Assembly: GCF_022539665.2 (NCBI RefSeq)
Contig: NC_081331.1
Location: forward strand, 3,472,001-3,536,000
DNA length: 64,000 bases
Origin: Daphnia carinata
Lineage: Eukaryota
Reading direction: 5' to 3'
The notes beneath the pieces were generated by a model, which was given only the letters and a program-made list of their open reading frames with translations, ran no database searches and was not told the DNA's origin. The position numbers and the translations under genes were made by a program. Position 1 is the stretch's first letter; each line of letters starts with the position of its first letter. Below, piece by piece: positions 12,830-27,027 of this stretch.

Positions 12830-14284
12830 CTGTATCATCAAAAAATCAGTTTGTTTTGTTTGGTTGATTTTCTTTGCTTTTTTTCCAGTAAGTTTTACAA
12901 TCGGAGACATGTAGAAGCAAAAAAAATTGAAATAAAATAAAAAATGATGTCGTACAAATAATACACATGAACTGGCGTCTGGTGAAAATGGTATCGAGGA
13001 TTTAAAAAAACAAAAAGAGAACGGGCGGGGTTATAATAAATGTCAGCATAATCCACATTGCTAAATCTACCTGAAAGCTAATAAATACAAAATACAAAGT
13101 TCAGCACTTGGAAAACGAGAAGTAAACCGAAAAAAAAAACATACAAAAAAAAAAACCAAAAAAAAAAAAAAAATAAAAACCAAAAAACCAAAAACAAAAA
13201 AATAAAAAAATAAAAAGATCAACTTCGGTTAGGGGAGTGAACAGGAGATGTCGGGCAAGTGATGTGTCATTTGCCAAGAATAGCAAAGTGCCGATTAGCC
13301 GCCATCTCTTTCGTGGAATTAGTACAGGAAACAGGAAACGATGGAACAAACAAACAAACAAAAAAATTACATGCAGTTCAACTCAAAAGATCGAAAATTT
13401 TGTTCTTTTCGAATCACGAGTTTTTTTGCCATATTTTTTTCAGGGGGGAGAAGAGGGGAGCATCGCTTTGTGTCGATGAACAATAAGTTGGTTAGGAAAT
13501 TATTGGAACACGAACGTATATTTGAATGATTGATTTCTCCTCTTGTTTCAAACAGTTGCCAGTGTAGTCCCACTAAGCGGCCAGTTGTCGGTCCAGTCGA
13601 CTCGATCCTGCCCAGCACGTCGTCGAGTATTTCTTCTTCTCATCACCGTCAAAGCTTATAACAAGGCGGCACAGAAAATAGCAATCAAGGAAACACCGCA
13701 TGTGGTACACGATTGGCCGCATCGCGTGAATCCCGTCGGATTTGTCACGCAACATAAAAGTTTGTCTTGTCCGCCTTGTATGGCACTATTCATCGCACTT
13801 GTCTTGCTTCTCTGGCCGGCTGGATATACTATTATGCAATCGATTCCAGCAATCTGTCGCTGTTTCACGCAAAAAAAAAAAAAGCAAGATAATTTTAATT
13901 GTGCACCGAATTCACCACCTGACACGCACGATTTCCAATTTTCTTTTTGTTCGTAGTAGACTCCCATAATTGATGAACGGACAGCAATCACGGCCTTATT
14001 TATCCACATATACAAAGAAAAAACACAAAAGTCGACAACAGAACAAAAGATTTCTAAAATTAAAAAAGTTTGGGGAGAGGGTAATCGCTTCCTTGTTCTT
14101 GTTTTCATATTCACAATGATTCGAGGAAAAAAAAAAAGAGGATGGCGGAACAAGGGAAAGAAAAAGGAGCATCAGGATTTTTTTTTTTTTTTTCGTTATG
14201 TGTGACGACAGCACGTTAAATTCTTTCGTTCTATGTCTTCTTTTGTCGTATGCCAAAGCCCATTTTATTATCGATTGGCGCCAT

Positions 14285-17200
14285 TCACGTCTTCGGTTTG
14301 GAGCAAGAAGCACAACACGAAACGAGATAGTATTTCAACTTGCACAATCTCGCTTGCACAACCAAATGACAATTTTTGAACTTGTCTGAGCAACCCTCTC
14401 CTGTAAAAAAAGAAGACGGTCAAATCAGCTGATGAAAATACGAACACAACGAAACTAGAAAACGAATTTTTAAAAAATATAAAGAACTAAAAAAAAAAAC
14501 AAAAAAACTTGGCATTTTACCCGATGCTGATGCACTGGCTTCTGGCGTGACTCCTTCGCCGCCATTAGCCGGAGCTACGGTCACCACGTTTGTTACGGTA
14601 CTATCGGCAATCCTTGTGCTGCTGGATTTGGGAAGTTTGGCTGCTTTCCTCGGTTTCACCGGTTCAGGAATTTCAGTTTCGTTATTGCGGTTACTTTCTA
14701 CACTAATGACCGGTGTGTCCTGTGCTTCCATCGTGCTGTCCTCATTGCCTGGCACTAAAATGAAGAAGAAACCAAAAATGTAAACAAAACACGCATTAAA
14801 GTAATAGCACGAATAGTTCAGTTCCTTGTAACGATAAATACCTCAAAACGGGCAAAACGAGTTTCAAAGGCACATACCTTCGTTGCAAGTTGTTCGGACA
14901 TTGCAAGCCTGTCGAAGCAGCGGTCGATCTTCCTCTTTGCAGTCTTGTGATGGCAGCTGATTCGAGTCCAGGCATTTAACTTCCCTGCGCTGGGCTCCCG
15001 TTCCGCATGTAGCCGAACACTAATCGAATATTTAAAAAATGACAAACAAGAGACAACGGAAATTTAGGGAAAGGATTCCGGTTTCCAAAATGTTTCCGAC
15101 AGCTCTATCGGTTAACAATTAAAAGAATGACAGATTAGTTTCATACCTCGGACCAGTCTGTCGTATACCACTGCGGAAGGCATTTGCCCAAGTTGCATGG
15201 GGCTGTGTTATTGGGTTTATCGCGAGCCGGGCATTGCATATCAAGTCCTACGCGATATTGACCTCTCATAAACGTCAGACAGATGACCTCCCGAGTTTGG
15301 GTTCCTTCATCGCAAGTTGCCGAACACTGGAATAATATTGGGGAAAAAATAATTAGAAACGACGACAAGTAAGGTAAAGGCCATTCTCTTCTTTTTAGGC
15401 TTCTTCTTTCTTTTATTTATTACGATTATTTCTTTTTGGTTTTATTTATTTTGTGTTGGCTTCTTCCCAACACACGTGCGCAATAACGGACGTCAGGAGC
15501 AGCAACGAAATGAAGAAAAAAAAAAAAACAAAAAAACAAATAAACTAAATCAACAAAAATACCTGAGACCAAGGTCCAGCAAACCACTTCCCGCTGCAAT
15601 CTTTCGCTGAAACACACGTCCTGGATGTGTCGGGCTTCTTGCTAACATCGCAATCCATTTCACTGTTGCTAGAACAGTGAGCTTTGCGCGTTTGAATGCC
15701 AGTGCCGCATTCTTCCGAGCACTGCAAATCGACCGACAAAGCAATAATTCAAGTTGAAATGCAGAGATTCTTGCGCAATCGCGAAATACAAAGGTGTTTC
15801 CCGTGAAAAAAAAACAAACAAAAAACAAAAAGATGAAAAACAAAAATGAAATACCTGGCCGGACCATTCGGTAAAGAACCAGGTGTTTGCCGTGCAAGAG
15901 CCCATATCGCAAATATCGCTGCTGGCCGGTCTTTCAGCTGACGAACAGTCAGATTCGCCGACGTCTCGGCCGTCAAAACCCTGGCAGAAAACGCGTCGGT
16001 GTCTCATGCCTTTGCCGCAACTGGTCGTGCACTTCATAAAACGAAGAGAAAAGCGAAAAAGAGGAGGTGAGATAACGACAAGGCAAAAGCATTCAATTCA
16101 CGTTCGTCAGTTATCAATCACGAAACGAGACAAGTCTCGCGTACGATAATGCAGTTGAAATAGAGAAATGTAAATGTTCACGTTTGTTGCTTACTTTTCC
16201 CCATTCGGAGGTGTGCCATTTGGCGCAGTTGCCCAGATTGCAATTGCGTACCCTGGGAACCGACGGAGCTGCATTGAGGCAAGCGGCCTCGTTGACTCTC
16301 ATCGTCAACGTGGCGGAGATCTCTTGCTTGCAGGTCAGATCGCGCGTCTGGATTCCGTCGCCGCACGTCGCGCTGCACGAGGTCCATTCGCCCAGCACCC
16401 ATCTGCCAAAAAGAAGAAGAGGAATGTCACACAACGTTCATCACCAAAAACCAAACAAATTCCGTTCGACACGAAAAAAGAGACGAGGTCGTAGATGGAA
16501 CAAGACAAGGATTCCATACAAGGCGATAGCGTCTCATATTTATTATTTTTTTTAGAAAACATCAGACGTGCAAGACTAATACTTCAAAAGCTGCTGTCAC
16601 AGTTACATAGAAAATTTCAGCTTGGAATTCAAACAGAAGGTGCAACTGTTCCATCATTTTTCCAGGAATATTGAATTGTATATTTTATTACTGACCGCTT
16701 ATACGAGCTACTCAAAAGCTAAAGGTTACACTCACTCGGCTGGACACGGTTTGGGGCCGCATCGGACAGTCTCCGACGGTGGTCTATCTTCTTCTTTGCA
16801 ACGATGATCGGCCACAGGCACTTGATCTCTGTCTCTGACGCAAACAATCAGCGCTTGTTGCACACCTGCCAAATATCATTCAAAATAGCCGTACAAAACG
16901 TTCCATTAGAGAATGCCATTACAATACAAACAATTCACGGTCGTTAAAGTGAAATATACCACGCAGTTATTTACGTGTTTTTTTGTTTTTTTTTTATGCG
17001 TTTGATAATTTTTTTTTGTTTTTCGATTTACCTCCTCCGCAAGTCTTGGAACATTCCGAGAATCCCACTTGTTTCCAGACAAAGCTCTTGCCGTTGGAAT
17101 GGCGACGTGGTCCGCGTCGGTGAGGTGGCGGCGTCGGAGCGTTGGGGTCGATCGCCTGCAGCTCCGGAGAGCCGAGTTTGCCTTGTTCGCCCGGCGCAGA

Positions 17201-19149
17201 TGAACTTGTTCCAGCCGCTCCTCCTCCGCTCTGCTTGTTGTGAATTCTGTGTCCGTGCTGGCGCCGTTTATTCGATGTCCGGCCACCTAAGAAGTCGAAA
17301 ATAACAACAAGAAGATATTGAAAACATTAAAAAGGATAGATGTAAATCATTTTGCGTGCGTCTCTTTAAGTGTTTCTAGATTGAAGTAAACGACCAGCAG
17401 CCAAAAAAACTTTGAGAGCTTTTTAAGGATCAACAAACTCTCTTTCTATTTTTTTCGGTTTTCAATTGAAACGCCTCTGAATCAAAAGTCGTTTTGCCGA
17501 GGAATTTTTTTTTTTTTTTTTAAAGACTCAGCCGAAGGAATAAAGGGAAAAAAGAAATCCAAACATCCGCTGGGACTACAACCCATTAAAAATCCGTTTA
17601 CGACTCCCCCCCCCCCCTATTTTTTTACCTCTTTTTCCCACCCTCTCCAATCTAAAATAGCACGACACTGGATACGCCATGAAAAATAACGACCGTGAAC
17701 AAACATCACGCAGAAGCTATAGCACAACACATCGGTGATTCCATCAACTTTTATATACGTTATAGGCTGTAAAAAAAAACAAAAAGGACGGTTATGAAAG
17801 CTGACAAGTTCGGAGAAAACCCCCCAAAAATTTCAGAGTAAAAAAAAAAGGGGGAGAAAAAAAAAATACCATGATGTGATGATCGTCCCGTTTCTTTGTT
17901 GTGCAGGACAGCAGGTGCTTGGACAACCGTATCGCTCCTACCGTCTCCGCTGGATGCAGAAGCTTGATTGGTGTTGGCGTGGTCAGACGAGGCGGAAGAA
18001 GAACCATCAAAGTTGGAGGGTACGGCAATGCCCAACGTAGCCAAACTGCCGCTGGAACTGAGCGAGGCAGGGTAGTTGCCACTGCTGGCCGGATAATTCG
18101 ACGGTCCGGATGCTGGAACTTGTTGATGGATTCCACCTAATCCGGCGGAAGAACCTTGTTGAATCGTTTGAAATAATCCACCTTCGGAGCCGAGGCTGCG
18201 TGGCGGCGGCGGCTGCTGCGGTGGTGGGTTAGCGCCAAAAAAGTTCGTGCCACCAGGTGAAATAGGCGAGCCGGACGCTCCATCTAGTTGATATCGCCCA
18301 GCTGGAACATTAGCTGATGACACTGCCGGACCGCTGTTCAGCAAATCGCTTTGGCCGAAAGACGTGGCCGGTACCGTAGGTGTTGGTGAATTACTAGGGC
18401 GTGGCACAAGATTATTGTTGGCCACTCCCAAAGGTAGCATGTACTCGTACTTGATACCGGGGTTGATTTGTTGGTAAATCACCTGTTCAAATAAATAGGA
18501 AAATTAAAAGATTGTCCTCTTTGAATTCGTTATTTTTCGCATGGACAAATTTGAAATATACCATGATATCGATGGGCTCGGTCAATGGTCCTTGTGTGGT
18601 TATCAGCTCGGGAGTGGACGCGTCTTGGCGCCGATAGGTGAACGTGGTGCCGGCTGCCTGATACTCGCCTGACCAGTTGATGGCCCAATTACCATTGAAG
18701 ACGAATGTGCCATCGGAACGCCTTAGAGCTGAATCAGGAAAAGAAAAGAAAAAACCAAAGAATGGTAAGTCTTTTGATTGCCAATTTATAATATCTATGC
18801 ATTCATAATGATGTTTGTCTCGGTTATAACAGAGAAAAAGAAAAACTATTTCGCCGCGTGATGATGTGCGGATAGGGTTCATTTTATACGCCGCGTGATG
18901 AGATTAGCTGTGCGGGAGGCGAACGAGAACGAAACGCCACGAATGGCTAGCAAATGAGAATTGAGTTGCCCATTCCAATTCATCGAACAAACTGTTGGTA
19001 CGATGACCCGAAAAAGGCGACGTGGCCAATCTCTCGTCATTGCACAGACAATCAGTCAGGTATGGATTTTTTTTTTAGTGGCGAGAGCAAAAAAAAAAAA
19101 AAAAAAAATGTAAATATTAAGCTACAAATGCGATGACTCACAAACGAGG

Positions 19150-19185
<36 letters not shown>

Positions 19186-22100
19186 AAGATCAGATCTCAA
19201 AGTTTTCCCGTTATCTGATGTGTTTCGCTTTTCTCTCACCTTGCGCGAGACTCATTGATTTATGGGCTGGGACGTTGTAATGTAATCGGACACCTCCGAC
19301 GCCGTAGGATATGTGAACAACCAACGACAAGACTACGAAATTCGGTTTCTGTTTTTTTTATTTTCCGAGTCTAAATTTTAAGAATGGCTCTCCTCCTTTT
19401 GTGCTGTCCATTCGCTGGCCCGTTGTCTGATCCCTATCTCGTGCTAGACACTTATAAAAACAACAACAACCTAACACTAGCAGTAGCAACAATAATCTCA
19501 AAAGGCTGGTCACATGATTGCACGGCATCCTAAAAGCGAGGCCAACCGAAGAGAAAGGAAAAACAAACGATGAAAAGAGGATTCAACAATGTCGAATGTT
19601 GGCCATTTCATCGACCGTGTTTCCAAATCGCCATCTAAGCAGACAAGATGTATCGGCATCGTCGTTCAATGTGCGTGCGTGTAACGCTCCTCAACAGCCA
19701 ATATCAATGTCTCTTGTTTGTTTGTTTTGACGCCAGGATCAGATCGCAATCCAACCGATTGTGTAACACGTACGCACTGATATGTATCCTCACCAAACGC
19801 CCAATATGGCCATTTAAATAGTATGCGGAACAGTCATTGCTCTTAGGCATGCTAGCGATTCGTGCGCGTTTAACACATGTGGAAATCGTTCTTCTCTGTT
19901 CAACGATGCCCAGAGTTTAATTGCCCAATTTGAATGGCAGGAAATGCTTTAAAGCAAAAGGTCTTGGCAGAAAAAAAAAACAAAAAAAAAACTATATTTA
20001 TTGGATTGCCCCGATCAAAGTGAAAGCCAATCTATTGGAGTCGGTGACCCCGAGTCGGCGTGAGCTCGTTGTGAGGTCGATGCTAATGCAAGTTTTTGGG
20101 GGTTTTAAGTTGGTGCCCGCCGCTTCACGCGAGAACCACCCAAACTAACAATTCCCTACTTCTATATAGAACCCTGCCAGCGATTACCGTAATGGCTGCG
20201 TATCACCTTACATGGGCCAGTGTTTCGTTACGAGTCGCCAATCTTTTCCCAACACGCCGTGCGTTATAACACGAACGAATATGCAGACACGATGGTTGTC
20301 TACAATCGAAACGAACTCTTCCTTTTTTTTTTTCTTTTGCCCATTTAAATATACTAGATCTAAAAATATCACTGACAATGAAGAGGAAAGAAATGGACGT
20401 CCGTTCGTGAGGATCGGTAATAATAATGAAGAGGTCGGGACGAAGTGCGGCCAAGGCATTACCGAAAAGGACGTATCATGGAGAGGCGCACGTCGACAAG
20501 GGTAAAACAGGTGGGAAATTCAAAAGGAGCGCGCAAAAGGGGATGACGCATCACATTTCTAGTTCCACGATAATCGTCGTCCGTCGTTGTTAAAACATTA
20601 CGCTAGAATATGTTATTGTCGAATTTTATTCCGATGGTATGCGATGCAGCCAATCGGCCTCAAATCAATACAATAGGGTCCTCAATGACGACAGACTTCC
20701 GATGATGATGATTTTTTAAAAAAATACTAAAGCGAAAATCATTACTAATGGACTGAACTCTCAACCAATAGCCATTGATTAACGACAGAACAGTTGAACT
20801 CTTTTTCTTTCTTTTTTTTTTGCTTCCCCATTATTTTTCATTCTTTCTCTCTCTCTCTTGTTGTTTTCTATAGATTGCATCGCTTCTTTTATGCCCTTTA
20901 AAGTTGACAACCCGCTGCGATCGCTAGGTCTCCAGCAAGCGCTCGAAACCACCAAGAAATCGGTCATCAATTAAAAAAAAGGGGGGGGGGGGAATAGGAA
21001 AAAGATGAAAATACGAGATAAACGAAAGATAAGATTCCAATGGAAGAAATAAAAAAATACGATAAGGAGAGAAATATTGCAGAATCACGGGGACACGTTT
21101 GAAACGGACGGCGGTAAACCTTGTGGTCGCTGCTGGAATCGAATGAAAAAAAAAAAAAAGAAAATCTTGTTCCTCAGGATACAAAACTATCAAAGTTACA
21201 CACAGCGATAGTTAGTTCTCGTAAGGAATACAATGAGCCCGGCTGTCCTGTCCCGCGTCCAACAAAAGACACATCACAACCGTCGGCATACAAAGCAGAT
21301 GATACAAAGAAAAAAAAAGCTGTACAGTCACAACTTGATTCGAAATGGCGGTCTTTTTTTTTTTTTTTTTGTAAAAAAACTGTGACTGTGTGTAAGGTGT
21401 GTAGAAAGAAACTGAATCTTCATCTTTGAATCCTCCCCCCCCCCCCCAAACTCTTACCAGACGGCCATGATCTGTCGGCGGCAATGTCCCATTAATGAAT
21501 CGAAAAATAATTCGAATGTGAATGCAATAAAACTCGCTTTCTAAGTCGATGCGTGTGTGTATATGTGTGTGTGTGTGTGTGCTATTGTACGTGCTATGGC
21601 CATCAGCCGTTCACGCCGCTGCTGTGTTCTCGATTATGTTCTTGTCTTTTGGCTGTTAACAGAAAGAGCGGGCGAAGAAACGAAGATAGAGAGAAATGAG
21701 GGCCGACAAGCCTCTGCTGAACGCCGCCGACAAGTTTTGGAAGCGCGTCGGGGCACAGCAAGAACATCTGCCGCGTGACGTGGCGACACACTGTTCCCGC
21801 ACGTCACGTCAATGAAAAGAAAACGTTCGTGAATAATTCCACGGCGCCAGCAGATGAAAAAAGAAGAAAAGAAGACGACCAATAAAAAAAAAAAAAGGTG
21901 AACGTATACACTGTTGTCGCTTGGTGAGATTTTCAACTCGACATGTCATGACGTTTGAAAAAAAAAAAAAATAATAAATAAAATTCCCCCTTCTTTTTTT
22001 TTTTTCATCGCCATTCCCGCGTGAGTAGCTTATTTGAAGAGAGCGACAAAAGAGAGCGCGTCTACGTAAATCAACGTCTTGTCTCGCGCATCAGCCCGAA

Positions 22101-22660
22101 CACGCAACGGCAATTCAAAGTCACGATGATGATGCGAAGAATAGCAGAGTGTCAACGATGATCATACGATGATGGGCGCTTTTGCCTATTTTTTAAAAGC
22201 TTCGACGCCATCAACAAGTTGCTCTACACACACATAGTCGAGAGCGGCAAAAAAGAGAAATAAATAAATATGCAAAGTAGTAGTTACCTAGATAGTTGCG
22301 ACTGGGTTTGAATTCGGTGATGTTGACGTGGCAGGCGCCTTTGGGCAACTGGGCCACCAGGTTGTAGCCGGGCGGCAGCTGCGGCTCCGTGAAGATGCCC
22401 GAGACGATCTGGCAAGTGGAATTGCTGCCGCCGCACACTCCGCAGGCATCCGGCCGCTTCTCCGAGCCCACGATCCCATCGCAGCCGATCGTCTTGTTTT
22501 CATTGGAAAAAAAAAAAAAAAAAAAAAGAAAACAAAAAAAAAAAAAACACGTTTAAGATACAATTAAACGAAACACGGATGAAAAACGATTAGATGAACA
22601 CACAAAATCTGTGAATGCTTCCGCACTGCTGAACCGGCCATTGTCCACCGTATAATTTAT

Positions 22661-22701
<41 letters not shown>

Positions 22702-23731
22702 AAGGAATCGACGTTCACACTGGAACATAGCCAGAGAACAAGGGGGAAAAGAAATCAAACCAAATAAAGAGATTGGATAAAAGAAAAAAAAGCCACCTGG
22801 GCACCCAATTTTCGATGGAATCTATTCGGTAGACTAGCTGCCGAAGATTGGTTCAGTTTAAATGCCACAAGGATTTCTTTTTCGTTTTTCTCTTTGGTTT
22901 AGATTTGGTTTAGAATGGAATCCGGCAACGGGCCTCGAGAGATAATATTTTCAATTGAAATTAGATCTACACACAAGCCTCGAAATAAAAATAAAAAGGG
23001 AGATAGGAAACAAGAAGAAGAATGTTGAAACGCGATGGTCATCGCTGCCACCGAGATGAATGCTCCATTCCACACCCACTCAAACTAGGCTCGAGTTATT
23101 AAAGAGACAAGAGTCTGTGAGGTGGTGGGTATGAAAGGCCAATATATTCATTTTTTTTTTCTTTTGTTTTGTTTTTCTCGTTGCTTGTATGTTTTCTTAT
23201 CTTATTCTTCTCGTCTTTCTTTTTCTTTTCGTTTTCTTTTTTTTTTAACGTCTCCAACTGTACAGACGCCACGGTTAATTCTTATGCAAACAAAACACAC
23301 ACTCGGGGCCCGTTGGGGCTGATCTTATACATATTACATATCAAATCGACGAGAAAGGCACACTCGCTTGTGTAATACGTTACAAACTAGACAAAATATA
23401 CAAAAATGTTTTTCTTTCCCGAGAAATAAAAAAAAAAAAAAAAATCCAAAAACAGACGCAAGGGAAGGGGGGGGGGGGAGAGAGAGAAAAAAGTGAGAAA
23501 TGGCCACCGAAAATGTAGAATAACTTTGTTGTTCTTCAACCAACTGGTATGCTATTAAACGACGAACGCAAAAGAGTGGGTCGTATCTCGTCCTAGGGTT
23601 CACGAACGCCCAGAAAGAGAGAGTGAAGCAATCACGGTGGCAAAAGCCCATTCAAGAAAGAAACGCTCGGCCAGTTTTAATTTACTCATTTCCGTGGCAG
23701 TTGCACACACACGCCTCTAACGAGGAAAAGA

Positions 23732-23774
<43 letters not shown>

Positions 23775-24510
23775 CGTGTTGTAATCTACTACTGCTCGCT
23801 GCGTACATAAATGTTTTAGTAATACAAAGGGCGGTCGAAAATCCCCCGCCAGGCTTAATTTCTCTATCGCTTATAATTGTTATTTCAAATGAGAAGCTTC
23901 TTATATAATTCTTTTTCCAAGATATAGGTTTTTTTTCTTTTTCGTTCTCGTCGTGTTGAGAGCTTTGTTTATAAATATACCGAGAGAGAGAGAGAGAAGG
24001 AAAAAAAAAAAAAAATTCTAAGCTATAAGCTAGGGAGGATAACCTTCAGGGGTGTTGGCACTAAAGCTATGAATAATTCATGATGCACAGCAAAACATTC
24101 ATTTCCCGGCCGCGATCGCTACAACACGTCGCCGTGTGTGTGTGTGTGTGTGTGTGTGTTTACCAATCGGGATTTGTGGTAATGTAAAAGAAAAAAGAAA
24201 ACCCAAAAATGAATCACCAACTGGCTGGCGATGGGGTTAAGCTTTAGAAGTCAAATATCCAAAAACAAGCTCCCTATTTTTTTTTTTTTTTTTTTTTCCC
24301 TTTACTGATACGGTGGTTTGCGCTAAATGGATATGGCACGTTTCTCTCTTCCTCTCCGCGTATGACCCCTATTTCCGTCTACGCACTAAACATCCGCCAA
24401 AGGGGAAAAAAAAAAAACAAGTTTTGGCAATAACAAAAATAGGAAGCTATTAATATTCGTTTCTTCACTTCATCAGACTTTGGATCGAGGCCCTATAATC
24501 ACCCAGTTGG

Positions 24511-24550
<40 letters not shown>

Positions 24551-25731
24551 AGGAGGAGGATGATGATCATCGGTGCGTAATACCGGGACAACCATCAAAA
24601 CAAGGTTCGTATTTCTATCTGTTTCCCCCAATCTCTTACGAAATAAACAGTAAGGGGAGCATACGGAACAGCTGGGGAATGATGACCATCGATCCGGATT
24701 GGAATGACGAACTGGACAGCTTACAGAGAATGCAATTCATCAGTGAAACGAACATAACAAGGAGAATATTCAGAGGATTGCGCGCGGGATAGGAATTGGG
24801 CAGCTTGTCATCAAATCAGTGGCCATCGTTAATCTGATGATCAAGCAGATGTGCACGAGGTGAAGAGAGGGAAACCCGGATGCGATAGACTTGACTTCTT
24901 TTTTTTTTTTTTTTTTTTTTTTCTATTTCAGAAGGAGACGAATGTGTGGTAGAGAGCTCATCCATCTCACAGTCAAGAAGAGCTAATTAAGTGGCAAACA
25001 CCAGGTCAGAGAGACGGAAAAAAGGCCCACCACAGAACAGGGAGAAACGCAACCCCTCGGCAGTGAGGGCGAGAGATGAGGCGAGGGAGAGAGACAACAA
25101 TCCTCACAATGTTGTGATGGATTATTCAATGGCTAGTATGGGCAGATGGTTATCACCATAGCTGAAATACAAAAAAAAAAAAATGCCAGTAGTTCATCTT
25201 GTGTTTTGGAACCCGCGTGCGCGTGTCTTTTTATCCAAATCTATACGTGAAAAGTGTGTGTGTGTGTGTGTGTGTGTGGAATGTCGACACGATGGATCGG
25301 ATATCTTTTAGTCGAGGTGTTTGGGCAAACTTGCGCAACACTTTCTATTTTTTTTTTTTTTTTTTTAAATTCTTTAACAAAGATTTATGGCATTTTACTG
25401 CTACTATTTACCAGTTGGGGGATAGCAATTCAGAATCGCCGGTAAATCCAATTTCTGTGCATTTTTCCACAGATGTTGTTCGCAAAAACGTTCGCCTTGC
25501 CAGAACGGACGAAGTTCACGATAAACAGATCCCAAATTAGGCGTCATGACATTTCACATGCCGACGTTTTTCCTTCTATTGTCCTCCTATTTTGTACGTC
25601 ACAGATGAAATTCAAAAGAAAAAAAAAAAGGACTCGCCAGTGTGAAAGCGAGTTTTTTTTTTTTTTTTTTTCTCAGGTGGAAATAGAGAGGTACACAGGG
25701 CACACGAAGAAGAAGCAGCGGTACTACACGC

Positions 25732-25766
<35 letters not shown>

Positions 25767-25782
25767 TTTGGGGGGCCGGGAG

Positions 25783-25817
<35 letters not shown>

Positions 25818-26985
25818 TTCAAAATGCTTTTCTTTACCCGTTTGCTGAGTCACTTTGATTTCTTTCGATGCGAGACGACATCATCAATTTAAATATGCGC
25901 GGCGGCGGCGGTTCTGATGGTATATTGTGCCGGCGGTGATGGCGGCAGCGTCGGTTGCGCTCCATGGCGCTCCTTCCTTACATTTATTTTTCCTATTTTC
26001 TTTTTGTTTCCGTGTGTTTTTTTTTTTTCTCTCTCTCCATAGTACGATGTTGACCTCATCATCAGACCATTCGCTGAGTTGGAAGCTGTCCAGTACCGGC
26101 TCGCAAAAAAAAAAAAAGAAAAACCTGGCTTTCAATTTTTGTTCTTTTTTTTTTTCCTAACGTTTTGTTGTTGTTGTTTATTTCAAAGTTCCCAAGGTTG
26201 GAATACATGAATGCGATGCCTATCTCTCTCATTCTCGTGAAAGCATCCGCAATTCCTTATTTATTTATTTTTTTTTTTCCTATTGGTATTATTATTTTGA
26301 TGATATGTCAAAACGAACTCCGGTACTCTTTCCCCCCCGCAACCACACACATGGAGGAAGAATCAAGTGAAGATGTTTGCCTTTGATTTCTTTCAGAGAG
26401 AAAAAAAAAAAAAAAGAGTACACAACTAAAAGGCAGAAGAGAAAAGAAAAAAAAGACACGATCGAGACAATGCCAGATGCCAACAAGTGATACCAAGCCA
26501 GACTTTCATATACTTTTTTTTTTTTTTTTTCGTCTTTTCATCCTCTTCCATTATGACGTGTAGTAGGCTTAATACCACTCGTCTTTTTAAAGAAAACGTG
26601 CAGCAATGTACAAGTACGGTAACGACAACATGTAAAAATAAAAAAGGAAAACTAAGAAAGAATAAACGATAAAAGAAAAGGGGAGAAATGTAAAGCGAGA
26701 GAAATAAAAGAGACGAATGTGTGTTGGGAAACTGAGTGTGCTTTAAACACGCACGAAACACACACACACACTGGCCGATTGGCCATCATAACTTAACCAA
26801 GGTCTTAGATGCAGGTTGGCACTGATGGGTTCCACAAACGTGTAGAACGAAAAATATGCCAACATACATATTCGACCCACCAACACGAAGCAAAAAGGAG
26901 AGAGCAGCAATCTCATCACATATTCATTTGTCATAAATTTACTTCCTATTGATTTTAATTCTTTTTCTTTTGTTTGTTTTGCTGT

Positions 26986-27027
<42 letters not shown>

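Noticed and set aside
18852..18901. 13-bp direct repeat CGCCGCGTGATGA with box C-like sequence
   Set aside because: Only two copies, antisense to the host intron, and no convincing box D or terminal stem.
25735..25816. G-quadruplex-like G30/T32 block
   Set aside because: Pattern is typical of low-quality consensus around homopolymers; no function can be supported.
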